From the NCBI GenBank assembly GCA_002344825.1, contig DDUN01000036.1:1440-65439 (forward strand): a stretch of 64,000 nt of DNA, written 5' to 3'. The DNA is from Candidatus Multiplicimicrobium inquinatum (GTDB taxonomy: Bacteria; Omnitrophota; Omnitrophia; Omnitrophales; Aquincolibacteriaceae). Below the pieces are notes generated by a model. That model did not search any database and had not been told where the DNA came from. It worked only from the letters and a program-made list of their open reading frames with translations. The translations under genes and the position numbers were made by a program. Below, in pieces: positions 49,828 through 58,581 of the stretch (positions within the stretch are counted from its first letter, which is position 1; every line of letters begins with the position of its first letter).

Positions 49828-52800
49828 TTATGCTAAATCTTATTCTTGAATTTTCTATCCGAAATCGTTTGTTTGTAGTGCTCTCCACGCTTCTGCTCGC
49901 TGCGGTCGGAATTTGGTCCGCAACAAAATTGCCCATTGATGCCGTGCCGGATATTACCAACATTCAGGTTCAAGTGAACACCTCGGTGCCTGCGCTGGCC
50001 CCGGAAGAAATCGAGAAGCTTGTCACTTTTCCGATTGAAAATGAAATGGCGGGCATTCCGGGCTTAACTGATCTTCGCTCTTTGTCTAAGTTTGGTCTTT
50101 CGCAGGTCACGCTTGTTTTTGAAGAGGGAACAGACATTTACCGTTCGCGTCAGCTGGTCAGCGAACGCCTGCAAACCGTCATGGATGAATTGCCCAAAGG
50201 CTTGACGCCGAAACTTGCGCCCATCAGCACGGGCCTCGGCGAAATTTTTTATTATGTGGTTGAGTATGCGTCCGATGCGCCCAATAAACCCGCTGAGCGT
50301 GAATCTCAGCTCATGGAACTTAAATTGATTCATGACTTTCTTATCAAGCCGCGGCTGCGTTCAACACCGGGGCTTGCCGAAGTGAATTCATCGGGGGGCT
50401 ATGAAAAGCAAATTGTTATTGAAGCGAATCCCGATAAACTAAAAAGTGTCGGTATGTCCTTCAGTGAAATCGCAGCGGCCATCGGAGAAAATGTTGAGAA
50501 TGCCGGCGGCAGCGTGATTCAGATCGGCGGTGAACAAGTTGCTGTGCGTGCGGCGGGACGGGTACAAACTTCGGCAGAGATTGAACAGCTACCGCTTAAA
50601 TTTGGCGCGCGCGCAACCCCTTTGCGCGTGAAAGATGTCGCGGATGTTGTTATCGGCAAAGCTGTGAGAAACGGAGCGAGTACTTATAACGGAGAAGAGT
50701 GTGTGTTGGGTTCGGCGCTCATGTTGGCGGACGAGAACAGCCGGATTGTCGCCAAAGCGGTTGCAGAAAAACTAATAGAATTAGAAACCAAACTGCCCGC
50801 AGGCGTGAAAATTATTCCGGTTTACGACCGCACCAAGCTGGTTGATCGAACCATTCACACCGTCGAATCGAGTTTATTTGAAGGTGCTATTCTTGTTGTA
50901 GTCGTTCTGCTTGTCATGCTTGGGAATTGGCGCGCGGCGATTATTGTTGCGCTTGCGATTCCGCTTTCAATGTTGTTTGCGATTACAGGCATGGTTCAGA
51001 CTCGCGTGTCGGGTAATTTGATGAGTTTGGGGGCCATCGACTTCGGGCTCATTGTAGATGGAGCTGTCGTCATGGTTGAAAATATGATCCGGCACATGGC
51101 TGAAAAACAGCACCTGCTTCAACGCAGACTGACTCCCGCTGAACGCAGCGATGAGATTTTGCGTTCCGCGAAAGAAGTGGCCAGCCCCATGTTTTTTGGT
51201 GTTCTGATTATTATGGTGGTTTACTTTCCCATACTGGCTTTGACAGGCATTGAGGGAAAGATGTTCAAGCCGATGGCGATTACCGTCATTTTTGCTCTTA
51301 CCGGCGCACTTATCCTGGCAATGACTTTGATGCCGGCACTTTGCTCCTACTTTCTCGGCGGTGATATTAAAGAAAAAGATTCGTGGCTTGTGAGCGCGGC
51401 GAAGAAGGGCTATACGCCCATTTTAAACTTTGCACTGAAGTCGCGTAAAATTGTTATCAGCGCTGCGATCGGAATTTTTGCTGTAGCGCTGATTGTCTTT
51501 AATCATTTGGGCGCGGAATTCGTGCCGCAGCTTGATGAAGGTTCTTTCGCGACTCATATGATTCGCACAACGAGCATCGGAATTGACGCGAGCGTTGATA
51601 TGCAAAAACGCGGCGAAAAAATGCTTTTAGAGAAGTTTCCGGAAATTGATTACATCTTCAGCCGTATCGGAACGGCGGAAGTCGCAACCGATCCTATGGG
51701 TGTGAATGTGGCTGATACCTATATGATGTTCAAGGATCACAAGTATTGGCGGAAAACCAAAGGCAAGCGGATCACCAAGGACGAACTGGCAAATTTGATG
51801 ACGGAAGAATTGGGCAAGCATGTGCCGGCCGAAGCCCATTTGTTTAGCCAGCCCATTGAAATGCGGTTCAATGAAATTCTCGAGGGAACCCGTGCCGACA
51901 TTGCCGTCAAAATTTTTGGCGATGATTTTGCGGTGATTGAAAAAATTGCCGATCAGGCGCGCGCTATTTTGGAAAAAGTGCCGGGCGCAGCGGATGTCGA
52001 ATTTGATGCGCTTGGGAAAGCTCCTTTGCTTGAAATAGTTCCCAAGCGGGATGCCATGAGTAAATATAATCTTCATGCCGCTGAGCTGAATCGAGTCGTG
52101 AATACGGCGCTTGCGGGGGAAGAAGTCGGTAAGCTTATCGACGGAAACCGGAGATTTGATATTGTTGTGCGCTTAAGTGAAAATCTTCGCGCAAATATCG
52201 ACGAGTTAAAGCGTTTGCCTGTGCGCGTTGATGACGGCGGACTGTTAACTTTGGGAGAGGTTGCTGATTTCCATGTCACCGAACAAGTTGCCGCAATTGC
52301 CCGTGAATTTAGCCAGCGCCGAGCGGCGATCATGATTAATTTGCGCGGCCGCGATGTGGAGAGTTTTGTGCTGGACGCGCAGCGGCAAATAAAGGAAAAA
52401 CTGACATTGCCGGATGGTTACATAATCGAATTTGGCGGACAGTTTAAAAATCTGATTGATGCCAAACGCAGACTGACCGTCGTTGTTCCCGTTGCGATGC
52501 TGCTTATTTTTGCGCTGATCTATATTGCTTTGCATAGCTTTCGGCAGTCGCTGCTTGTTTTTTTAGCTGTTCCGTTGGCGGTTACGGGGGGAGTCTTTGC
52601 GCTCGCAATACGCGGATTGCCATTTAGCATTTCAGCCGGCGTTGGTTTTATCGCTGTGAGCGGTATTGCCGTGCTGAACGGACTGATGATTATCACATTC
52701 TTTAATCAGCTTCGGGCACAAGGCGCTGACATTCGGACATCAGTTTGGGATGGTTCATTGCTTCGCCTGCGGCCGAAACTTATGACCGCGCTTGTTGCAT

Positions 52801-52973
52801 CGTTGGGATTTGTGCCTATGGCGATCGCAACAGGAGCCGGAGGGGAAGTTCAGCGTCCGCTTGCAACCGTTGTGATCGGCGGAATCATAACTTCGACTTT
52901 TCTCACACTGGTTTTGCTGCCTGTGCTTTATGAATGGTTGGAGCAACGAATATTAAAAAACAAAGGAACTTAA
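49818..52973 (+). CDS. heavy-metal efflux RND pump, CzcA/CusA (HME) family, second copy
   Basis: 1051 aa. MLNLILEFSIRNRLFVVLSTLLLAAVGIW...LPIDAVPDITNIQVQVNT has HME-RND topology. Confidence 0.93.
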   Translation: MSLIMLNLILEFSIRNRLFVVLSTLLLAAVGIWSATKLPIDAVPDITNIQVQVNTSVPALAPEEIEKLVTFPIENEMAGIPGLTDLRSLSKFGLSQVTLVFEEGTDIYRSRQLVSERLQTVMDELPKGLTPKLAPISTGLGEIFYYVVEYASDAPNKPAERESQLMELKLIHDFLIKPRLRSTPGLAEVNSSGGYEKQIVIEANPDKLKSVGMSFSEIAAAIGENVENAGGSVIQIGGEQVAVRAAGRVQTSAEIEQLPLKFGARATPLRVKDVADVVIGKAVRNGASTYNGEECVLGSALMLADENSRIVAKAVAEKLIELETKLPAGVKIIPVYDRTKLVDRTIHTVESSLFEGAILVVVVLLVMLGNWRAAIIVALAIPLSMLFAITGMVQTRVSGNLMSLGAIDFGLIVDGAVVMVENMIRHMAEKQHLLQRRLTPAERSDEILRSAKEVASPMFFGVLIIMVVYFPILALTGIEGKMFKPMAITVIFALTGALILAMTLMPALCSYFLGGDIKEKDSWLVSAAKKGYTPILNFALKSRKIVISAAIGIFAVALIVFNHLGAEFVPQLDEGSFATHMIRTTSIGIDASVDMQKRGEKMLLEKFPEIDYIFSRIGTAEVATDPMGVNVADTYMMFKDHKYWRKTKGKRITKDELANLMTEELGKHVPAEAHLFSQPIEMRFNEILEGTRADIAVKIFGDDFAVIEKIADQARAILEKVPGAADVEFDALGKAPLLEIVPKRDAMSKYNLHAAELNRVVNTALAGEEVGKLIDGNRRFDIVVRLSENLRANIDELKRLPVRVDDGGLLTLGEVADFHVTEQVAAIAREFSQRRAAIMINLRGRDVESFVLDAQRQIKEKLTLPDGYIIEFGGQFKNLIDAKRRLTVVVPVAMLLIFALIYIALHSFRQSLLVFLAVPLAVTGGVFALAIRGLPFSISAGVGFIAVSGIAVLNGLMIITFFNQLRAQGADIRTSVWDGSLLRLRPKLMTALVASLGFVPMAIATGAGGEVQRPLATVVIGGIITSTFLTLVLLPVLYEWLEQRILKNKGT

Positions 52974-52975
52974 TT

Positions 52976-53434
52976 ATGAAAATGGTATCGAAATTATTTT
53001 TGGCTGTAGCGATTCTCTTCTTCGCTTTGAATGCAAATGCTTATGCAGCGGACGACCATAAGCATGCTTCCGTTGGCGGGCCTAAAGGCGGTAGAATATT
53101 GGAAAACACACAGCCTCAGGCCGAATTTTTCGTAGAAAAAGATCGTTCGGCGACTGTTGCTTTTTATGATGCGGATTTAAAGCCGGTGCCCGTTTCTGAT
53201 CAGAGCGTATCGGTTATTGCTGAAACAGCCGAAAAAAAATCATCGCTCGATTTTGAGAAAAAAGGGGATGTTTTGGTCAGTAAAGGGGTACTTGCGGAAG
53301 AACACGCACTTAAGCTGGTGGTGAGATTTAAACAATCCGCCGATGACAAAACCCGCAACTTTCGTTTTGTGTATGAAGATCGTATTTGTGATGTTTGTAA
53401 GCGTGCCGAGTACGCATGCATTTGTGGACATTAA
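52976..53434 (+). CDS. periplasmic protein of unknown function with C-terminal Cys cluster (CDVCKRAEYACICGH)
   Basis: The ATG is 3 nt after the RND stop. The signal peptide is MKMVSKLFLAVAILFFALNANAYA. A His-rich start of the mature protein (DDHKH) and a C-terminal CxxC...CxCxH suggest metal binding. Confidence 0.5.
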   Translation: MKMVSKLFLAVAILFFALNANAYAADDHKHASVGGPKGGRILENTQPQAEFFVEKDRSATVAFYDADLKPVPVSDQSVSVIAETAEKKSSLDFEKKGDVLVSKGVLAEEHALKLVVRFKQSADDKTRNFRFVYEDRICDVCKRAEYACICGH

Positions 53435-53464
53435 CTCTCAGCTCTGAGTAACTTTGGGAAACAT

Positions 53465-54040
53465 ATGAAACCTTCTTTTGCCCGAACTCTTTCTATGACC
53501 GCGATTCCTATTTTGGTGGTCAGCATTTTCTTTGCGGCGTATGCGATTAAAAAAGCTCAGGATGCCGCGGTGTTGCCGGATTACGGTGCCGCGCCTATTT
53601 TTGAACTGACTGATTCTTCGGGAGAAAAATTTGAATCATCCTCATTGATGGGCGATCCGTGGATCATGACGTTTCTCTTTACGCGTTGCCCCGATCAATG
53701 CCCTTTGATGGTGACAAAAATGACCAAGCTTTCAAAGCAGGTTCCGATTTTGAAGTTTGTCTCCATCACCGCGGATCCTGATTTTGATAAGCCTGAAGTG
53801 CTCGCGGAATATGTGAAGCGCGGCATTGGCCCCAAGAAATGGAATTTTTTAACCGGTGAAAAAGAAAAGCTGAATAAAATCGCCTTGGACTTCATGACTT
53901 CGGCGCCCGATAACCCCGGCCTGCATAGTACGCGTTTTATATTGGTGGATGGTTCGGGGCGTATTCGCGGGTTTTATGATTCGCAAAGCAAAGAACAAAT
54001 GGGCGCTCTTGCTGTGGATGCCCGAGGCTTATTAAGTTGA
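53465..54040 (+). CDS. SCO1/SenC-family copper chaperone (thioredoxin fold, CxxxC)
   Basis: N-terminal TM anchor, then FTRCPDQCP (CxxxC), a downstream conserved His (GLHSTRFILVD), and the SCO fold length. Confidence 0.85.
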   Translation: MKPSFARTLSMTAIPILVVSIFFAAYAIKKAQDAAVLPDYGAAPIFELTDSSGEKFESSSLMGDPWIMTFLFTRCPDQCPLMVTKMTKLSKQVPILKFVSITADPDFDKPEVLAEYVKRGIGPKKWNFLTGEKEKLNKIALDFMTSAPDNPGLHSTRFILVDGSGRIRGFYDSQSKEQMGALAVDARGLLS

Positions 54041-54066
54041 CGCGTGGAATATAATTTCTACGAATT

Positions 54067-54408
54067 ATGAAAAAGTTTTTCGCATTACTCACTATCGGGC
54101 TTTTAATCACCGCGGGTTTGCGCGCGCCGGAATCTTCCGTTCTTACGAATGGTTTTTGTTCCAGCGGCCCTGTTTTAGAAAAAGCGCAAGGCCATGATTC
54201 GGACGCGCATGAATTGCGCCGCACGGCCTCAAACCCGACAACACTTCATTCCGGCTTTGCGCCTTCTTTTCATCCGTTTGATATGCCCAAAGCACAAGCC
54301 ATGAGCGCCCCCGATTTTTTTGGAAACATGATTTCTGACTTTGTTCCGTCTCCCGACGGAATGTCTGTTTTTCCTCTGATTCGCCCGCCGGTCGCTTTCT
54401 CTTTCTGA
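54067..54408 (+). CDS. small secreted protein of unknown function
   Basis: 113 aa with signal peptide MKKFFALLTIGLLITAGLRA. The mature part is Pro/Ser/His-rich with a single Cys pair (FCSSG). No homology recognised. Confidence 0.35.
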   Translation: MKKFFALLTIGLLITAGLRAPESSVLTNGFCSSGPVLEKAQGHDSDAHELRRTASNPTTLHSGFAPSFHPFDMPKAQAMSAPDFFGNMISDFVPSPDGMSVFPLIRPPVAFSF

Positions 54409-54458
54409 GCTGATTTTGTTTCGCGCGTCATCACGCGAATAAACAGAAAGGGATTTCT

Positions 54459-56546
54459 ATGCGTTTCTTTTTAATTTTATTTTTAGCAGGATTTTTTTAC
54501 CTGCCTTTTCAAAACGGCGGATTTGCCGCGACTTCTACCGCAACGACAATGCCTGAAGTGGAAGTTCGGGCTGGAAAAGTAAAAACTTCTCTCACGGCAG
54601 GTAAAGCAAGCGCGGCGCAAAATTTAGCGCGCACGGTCGGTGGAACAAGCTTGATTGATGCCGAGTCTTATAAGACCGGCCGAGCTTCCACTTTGCAGGA
54701 TGCACTTGGCTACGTGCCGGGCGTTTTTGTTCAGCCGCGATTCGGCTCTGATGAAGCGCGGCTTTCTATTCGCGGTTCGGGTATTCAGCGCACCTTTCAT
54801 TTGCGCGGAATCAAACTGCTTCAGGATGGCGTCCCCATTAACCAAGCTGATGGCGCGGGCGATTTTCAGGCGATTGAGCCTTTGGCATTGGACTACATTG
54901 AAGTTTATCGCGGAGCGAACGCTCTGCAATACGGCTCGACAACAATGGGCGGGGCGATCAATTTCGTTTCGCCGACGGGGTATACCGCACCTTTAATACA
55001 AGGGCGCTTTGAATACGGCGGGTTTGGTTATATGCGCAATCAAGTCAGTTCGGGTTACGCGAAAGGTCCGCTTGATTATTTTGTTTCGCTTTCGGAAGTA
55101 CGTCAGGATGGTTATCGCAATCATGCTGAACAGTGGACGAAGCGTTTGTTCAGTAATTACGGCGTGCGCTGGAATGACGCGGTGGAAACCCGTTTTTATT
55201 TAAGCTTGGTCGATTCCAAATCGAAACTTCCCGGCAATCTTACGGCCGCGCAATTTGAAGAAAACCCGAAGCAGGCGGCGCGTGCCAATGTGACAGGCAA
55301 TCAAAAGCGCGACTTTGATTTGGTGCGTCTCGCAACCAAAACTGTTTTTCAGGGTAACGGACAAATGCTTGAGCTTGGCGCATTCTGGATTCGCAAAGAT
55401 TTGTTTCACCCCATTTTTCAGGTGATTAACCAAATCTCAGATGATGTCGGCGCGAGCCTTCGTTATCAAAATGAGAACGAACTTTTTGACCATAAGAACA
55501 TTTTTACTTTTGGCTTTAACCCTTCATTCGGCGCGACGGAAGATGTGCGTTACACCAATGTCGGCGGCCGCGCGGGAAACAAAACCGCAGAGTCAAAACT
55601 CAAAGCCTACAATCTTGATTTTTTCGCGGAAGAGCAATTCTATGCGTTGGAAAAACTCGCGTTGGTTGGCGGCTTGCAATGGAGCGTGGCATCGCGCCGG
55701 GCCAATGATAAGTTTTTAGCGGATGGCGATCATAGCGGAAGGCCCTTGTATCACGGCTGGAGCCCCAAGGTAGGCTTGCGATATGAATTTACTGAAACCA
55801 GTCAGGCTTTTGCTAATTTCAGCCGCAGTTTTGAACCGCCCAGTTTTGGTGAGCTCACCAATGTTACCGGCGGCGGCATTCGCAGTTTAAAAGAACAAAA
55901 TGCTTCGACGATTGAAGTGGGTACACGCGGCCAGGAATGGCGGCTTTCATGGGATGCCGCGTGGTATTACTCGTGGGTAGACAATGAGCTGCTCGGCTTA
56001 AATGACGGCGCGGGCAATCCGCTCGGCACGATCAACGCGGAAAATACTACACATCAGGGTATTGAGCTGGGAATTGGTTTTGATGTTTGGCGCGGTATTT
56101 TAAAGCAGGAAGATAAAGAAAAAAATGAACCCGCAGACAAAATTCAGCTGCGCGGCATTTACAACTGGAGCCGGTTCCGTTTCGATGACGACCGTGTTTA
56201 TCGCGATAATGCTTTGCCGGGAATTCCCGAACATTTTTTTAAAGCGGAGCTCAACTATGAACATCCCTCCGGATTTTATTTCGGTCCCAATGTGGAATGG
56301 GTACTGAAGCAATATGCCGTGGATATGGCGAATTCGCTTGAAGCCAATAATTACATTTTATTGGGACTCAAAGGCGGGTTTAAAATGAATCGCGGCATTT
56401 CTGTTTTTGTGGAGGCCAAGAATTTGACCGACAAACATTATGTTGCGACAACAGGTGTGATTGCGGACGCGCGCGGACGCGATTCGGCGCAATTTTTACC
56501 GGGAGACGGACGTACCGTCATCTCGGGCGTTGAACTCAAGTTTTAG
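54459..56546 (+). CDS. TonB-dependent outer membrane receptor
   Basis: 695 aa with a signal peptide and an N-terminal plug (TonB-box-like region, then IEVYRGANALQYGSTTMGGAINFVS). It has a 22-strand barrel length and a C-terminal ...GVELKF aromatic terminus. Confidence 0.9.
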   Translation: MRFFLILFLAGFFYLPFQNGGFAATSTATTMPEVEVRAGKVKTSLTAGKASAAQNLARTVGGTSLIDAESYKTGRASTLQDALGYVPGVFVQPRFGSDEARLSIRGSGIQRTFHLRGIKLLQDGVPINQADGAGDFQAIEPLALDYIEVYRGANALQYGSTTMGGAINFVSPTGYTAPLIQGRFEYGGFGYMRNQVSSGYAKGPLDYFVSLSEVRQDGYRNHAEQWTKRLFSNYGVRWNDAVETRFYLSLVDSKSKLPGNLTAAQFEENPKQAARANVTGNQKRDFDLVRLATKTVFQGNGQMLELGAFWIRKDLFHPIFQVINQISDDVGASLRYQNENELFDHKNIFTFGFNPSFGATEDVRYTNVGGRAGNKTAESKLKAYNLDFFAEEQFYALEKLALVGGLQWSVASRRANDKFLADGDHSGRPLYHGWSPKVGLRYEFTETSQAFANFSRSFEPPSFGELTNVTGGGIRSLKEQNASTIEVGTRGQEWRLSWDAAWYYSWVDNELLGLNDGAGNPLGTINAENTTHQGIELGIGFDVWRGILKQEDKEKNEPADKIQLRGIYNWSRFRFDDDRVYRDNALPGIPEHFFKAELNYEHPSGFYFGPNVEWVLKQYAVDMANSLEANNYILLGLKGGFKMNRGISVFVEAKNLTDKHYVATTGVIADARGRDSAQFLPGDGRTVISGVELKF

Positions 56547-56579
56547 GAGGCAATAGGTGCCGCCAAGCGCTCTTAAAAG

Positions 56580-56752
56580 GGTGTTTCTCGAAGGTGATTT
56601 GACACCCAAGTCGGGGGGGAGTATATTTTTCGCTAACCAATGCCGAATCCGTAACTTGGAACGGGGGACCCAATATCCAGGGGCGAATTACCGCAAGGTA
56701 AGAGGTTTGTTACTCAACCTTAGCCCGTCAGCTAACCTCGTAGGCGCAAGAG
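56580..56752 (+). ncRNA. probable ydaO/kimA-type cyclic-di-AMP riboswitch in the trkH leader
   Basis: Two pseudo-symmetric halves: one has cGGGGGGGAG...CGCUAACC...CCGAAUCC, the other has CGGGGGACCCAA...GCCCG..AGCUAACCUCGUAGGCG. These strings match the conserved ydaO-motif blocks as I remember them. The element ends at the SD (agagga) of trkH. This class of riboswitch is typically found upstream of K+ transporters. Confidence 0.55.
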
Positions 56753-56759
56753 GAACATC

Positions 56760-58112
56760 ATGAGTTTGAGTCGTTATTTTCAAGCGTTTGCGCTATTTTT
56801 CCGCCGCATTAACCCCGTTCAAACCTTAACTCTTGGTTATCTTTTGATGACCCTGATTGGCTGGAGCCTGCTTAGCTTGCCTTGGCTTCAAGCCATTCCC
56901 ACTCAGACGATTGATAATTTATTTACCGCGGCCTCCGCGATTTCGACGACAGGTCTGACATCGGTTAGCTTGTCCGATCATTACAATTTCGGCGGAGAGC
57001 TGTTGGTTTTTATTTTGATCCAGATGGGCGGATTGGGATATATGATTTTTGGGTCGTTTATTGTTTTGATCACCCGCAAAAAAATCTCTAAAACTCACGA
57101 AGAATTACTGCGCACCGATTTTGGTCTTCCCAAAAGTTTTGATTTTCGCGGATTTGTTCAAACTGTTTTGCTATTTACCCTTTTGGTTGAGGTTTTGGGC
57201 GCTGCGGGGCTTTATATGATTTTTAAAGAGAGGGGAATTCCCGACCCGCTTTGGAATGCTGTTTTTCACAGCGTGTCCGCTTTTTGTACGGCAGGGTTTA
57301 GTTTGTTTAACAACAGCTTTGAAGGCTTTCGTGATCACATCGCGCTTAATTTAATTATTATCGGATTAAGCTTTGCCGGTGCGATTGGGTTCATTGCGAT
57401 TGTGGATGTTTGGGAGCGAGTGACGGGCCGCAAGAAGGAAATAACATTTACTTCAAAAGTCATTCTCGGGTTCTCGCTTTTAACGATTACAGCGGGATGC
57501 GTTTTGCTTTTTTTCACCGAGCCGCTATTTAAAGAATTGCCCAATCAGATTTGGATGACCGCCTTGTTTCAGTCCATGACGGCGATGACCACGGTTGGTT
57601 TTAATACCGTCCCGATCGGAAGTCTATCGCATGGCGCGCTTTATTTAATGACGATTCTGATGATTGTGGGCGCGTCGCCCGCCGGAACGGGCGGCGGTAT
57701 TAAATCTACCACGGTAGTTGCGGTTTTAGCGGAGACTTTCGCAACTTTGCGGGGACGGCGAGTGGTGACTTTTATGGGCCGCGTGATTCCTGACTTTCGT
57801 CTTCAGCAAGCCAGCGCCAGTTTTAATTTTTATATTTTGCTTTTAACCGCGGGCGTGTATTTGCTGACCATAACGGATTCAAGTTTGTCTGTTTTTGAAC
57901 TTCTCTTTGAAGCGACTTCCGCCATTGGCACAGTCGGTTTAAGTACGGGTATTACCGGCGCGCTTAGTTTTGCGGGAAAGTGTGTCGTGATTGCACTGAT
58001 GGTGCTGGGCCGTATCGGACCACTCTCAATCGGTTTGGCTCTTTTCTATAGCAAAAAAGATTATGACGACAGTCTTTGGGATGCTAAGTATGAGGATATT
58101 TCAATCGATTAG
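56760..58112 (+). CDS. trkH: TrkH/KtrB-family potassium uptake transporter
   Basis: 450 aa with four M-P-M repeats and selectivity-filter-like glycines (TTGLTSV; MTTVGFN; TSAIGTVGLSTG). Confidence 0.85.
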   Translation: MSLSRYFQAFALFFRRINPVQTLTLGYLLMTLIGWSLLSLPWLQAIPTQTIDNLFTAASAISTTGLTSVSLSDHYNFGGELLVFILIQMGGLGYMIFGSFIVLITRKKISKTHEELLRTDFGLPKSFDFRGFVQTVLLFTLLVEVLGAAGLYMIFKERGIPDPLWNAVFHSVSAFCTAGFSLFNNSFEGFRDHIALNLIIIGLSFAGAIGFIAIVDVWERVTGRKKEITFTSKVILGFSLLTITAGCVLLFFTEPLFKELPNQIWMTALFQSMTAMTTVGFNTVPIGSLSHGALYLMTILMIVGASPAGTGGGIKSTTVVAVLAETFATLRGRRVVTFMGRVIPDFRLQQASASFNFYILLLTAGVYLLTITDSSLSVFELLFEATSAIGTVGLSTGITGALSFAGKCVVIALMVLGRIGPLSIGLALFYSKKDYDDSLWDAKYEDISID

Positions 58113-58124
58113 TTTTTAGACATG

Positions 58125-58163
58125 AAAAAACCCGAGGTGGATTGCTCCATCTCGGGTTTTTTG
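58125..58163. terminator. bidirectional intrinsic terminator between trkH and the convergent small gene
   Basis: aaaaaa-cccgaggtgg-attgc-tccatctcggg-ttttttg, with an A-run before and a T-run after. Confidence 0.75.
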
Positions 58164-58174
58164 TTGAGAAAAAC

Positions 58175-58459
58175 TTAGGCGACTGCGGCAGCAGCAGCTT
58201 TTTCAGCCTTTTTTGCTTCGCGTTCGGCTTTTTTAGCTTCCTGCTTGGCTTTGCGTTCTGCTTTTTTCTTTTCATGCTCAGCTTTGCGCTGCGCTTTTTT
58301 AGCTTCGCGCTCCGCTTTCTTTGCATCACGTTTTGCCATGTTTTCTGCTTTTTTGTTCATGCCGCCGAGAGCTGACTCGACATCGCTGTCAGCGTGAACA
58401 ACCGGAGAAGCAAGCAAAAGTGCCGCAATTAAAAGTGCAAATAAATTAAACTTCTTCAT
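58175..58459 (-). CDS. secreted low-complexity Lys/Ala/Glu-repeat protein
   Basis: Signal peptide (MKKFNLFALLIAALLLASPVVHA), then AKKAEREAKKAQRKAEHEKKKAERKAKQEAKKAEREAKKAEKAAAAAVA. This is EAKKAER-like heptads, predicted to be a single charged helix. Confidence 0.5.
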   Translation of the reverse strand: MKKFNLFALLIAALLLASPVVHADSDVESALGGMNKKAENMAKRDAKKAEREAKKAQRKAEHEKKKAERKAKQEAKKAEREAKKAEKAAAAAVA

Positions 58460-58581
58460 AGTCTTAAGTACCCCTTTTTAAATTAAAGAACCTCACCCAT
58501 TATACGCAGGTTTGACGCAAGATGAAGGGTGCTTCTTCAAACTTTTTTTGAATGAGGTTGCTTTGCTGTTAGAATTGAAGC

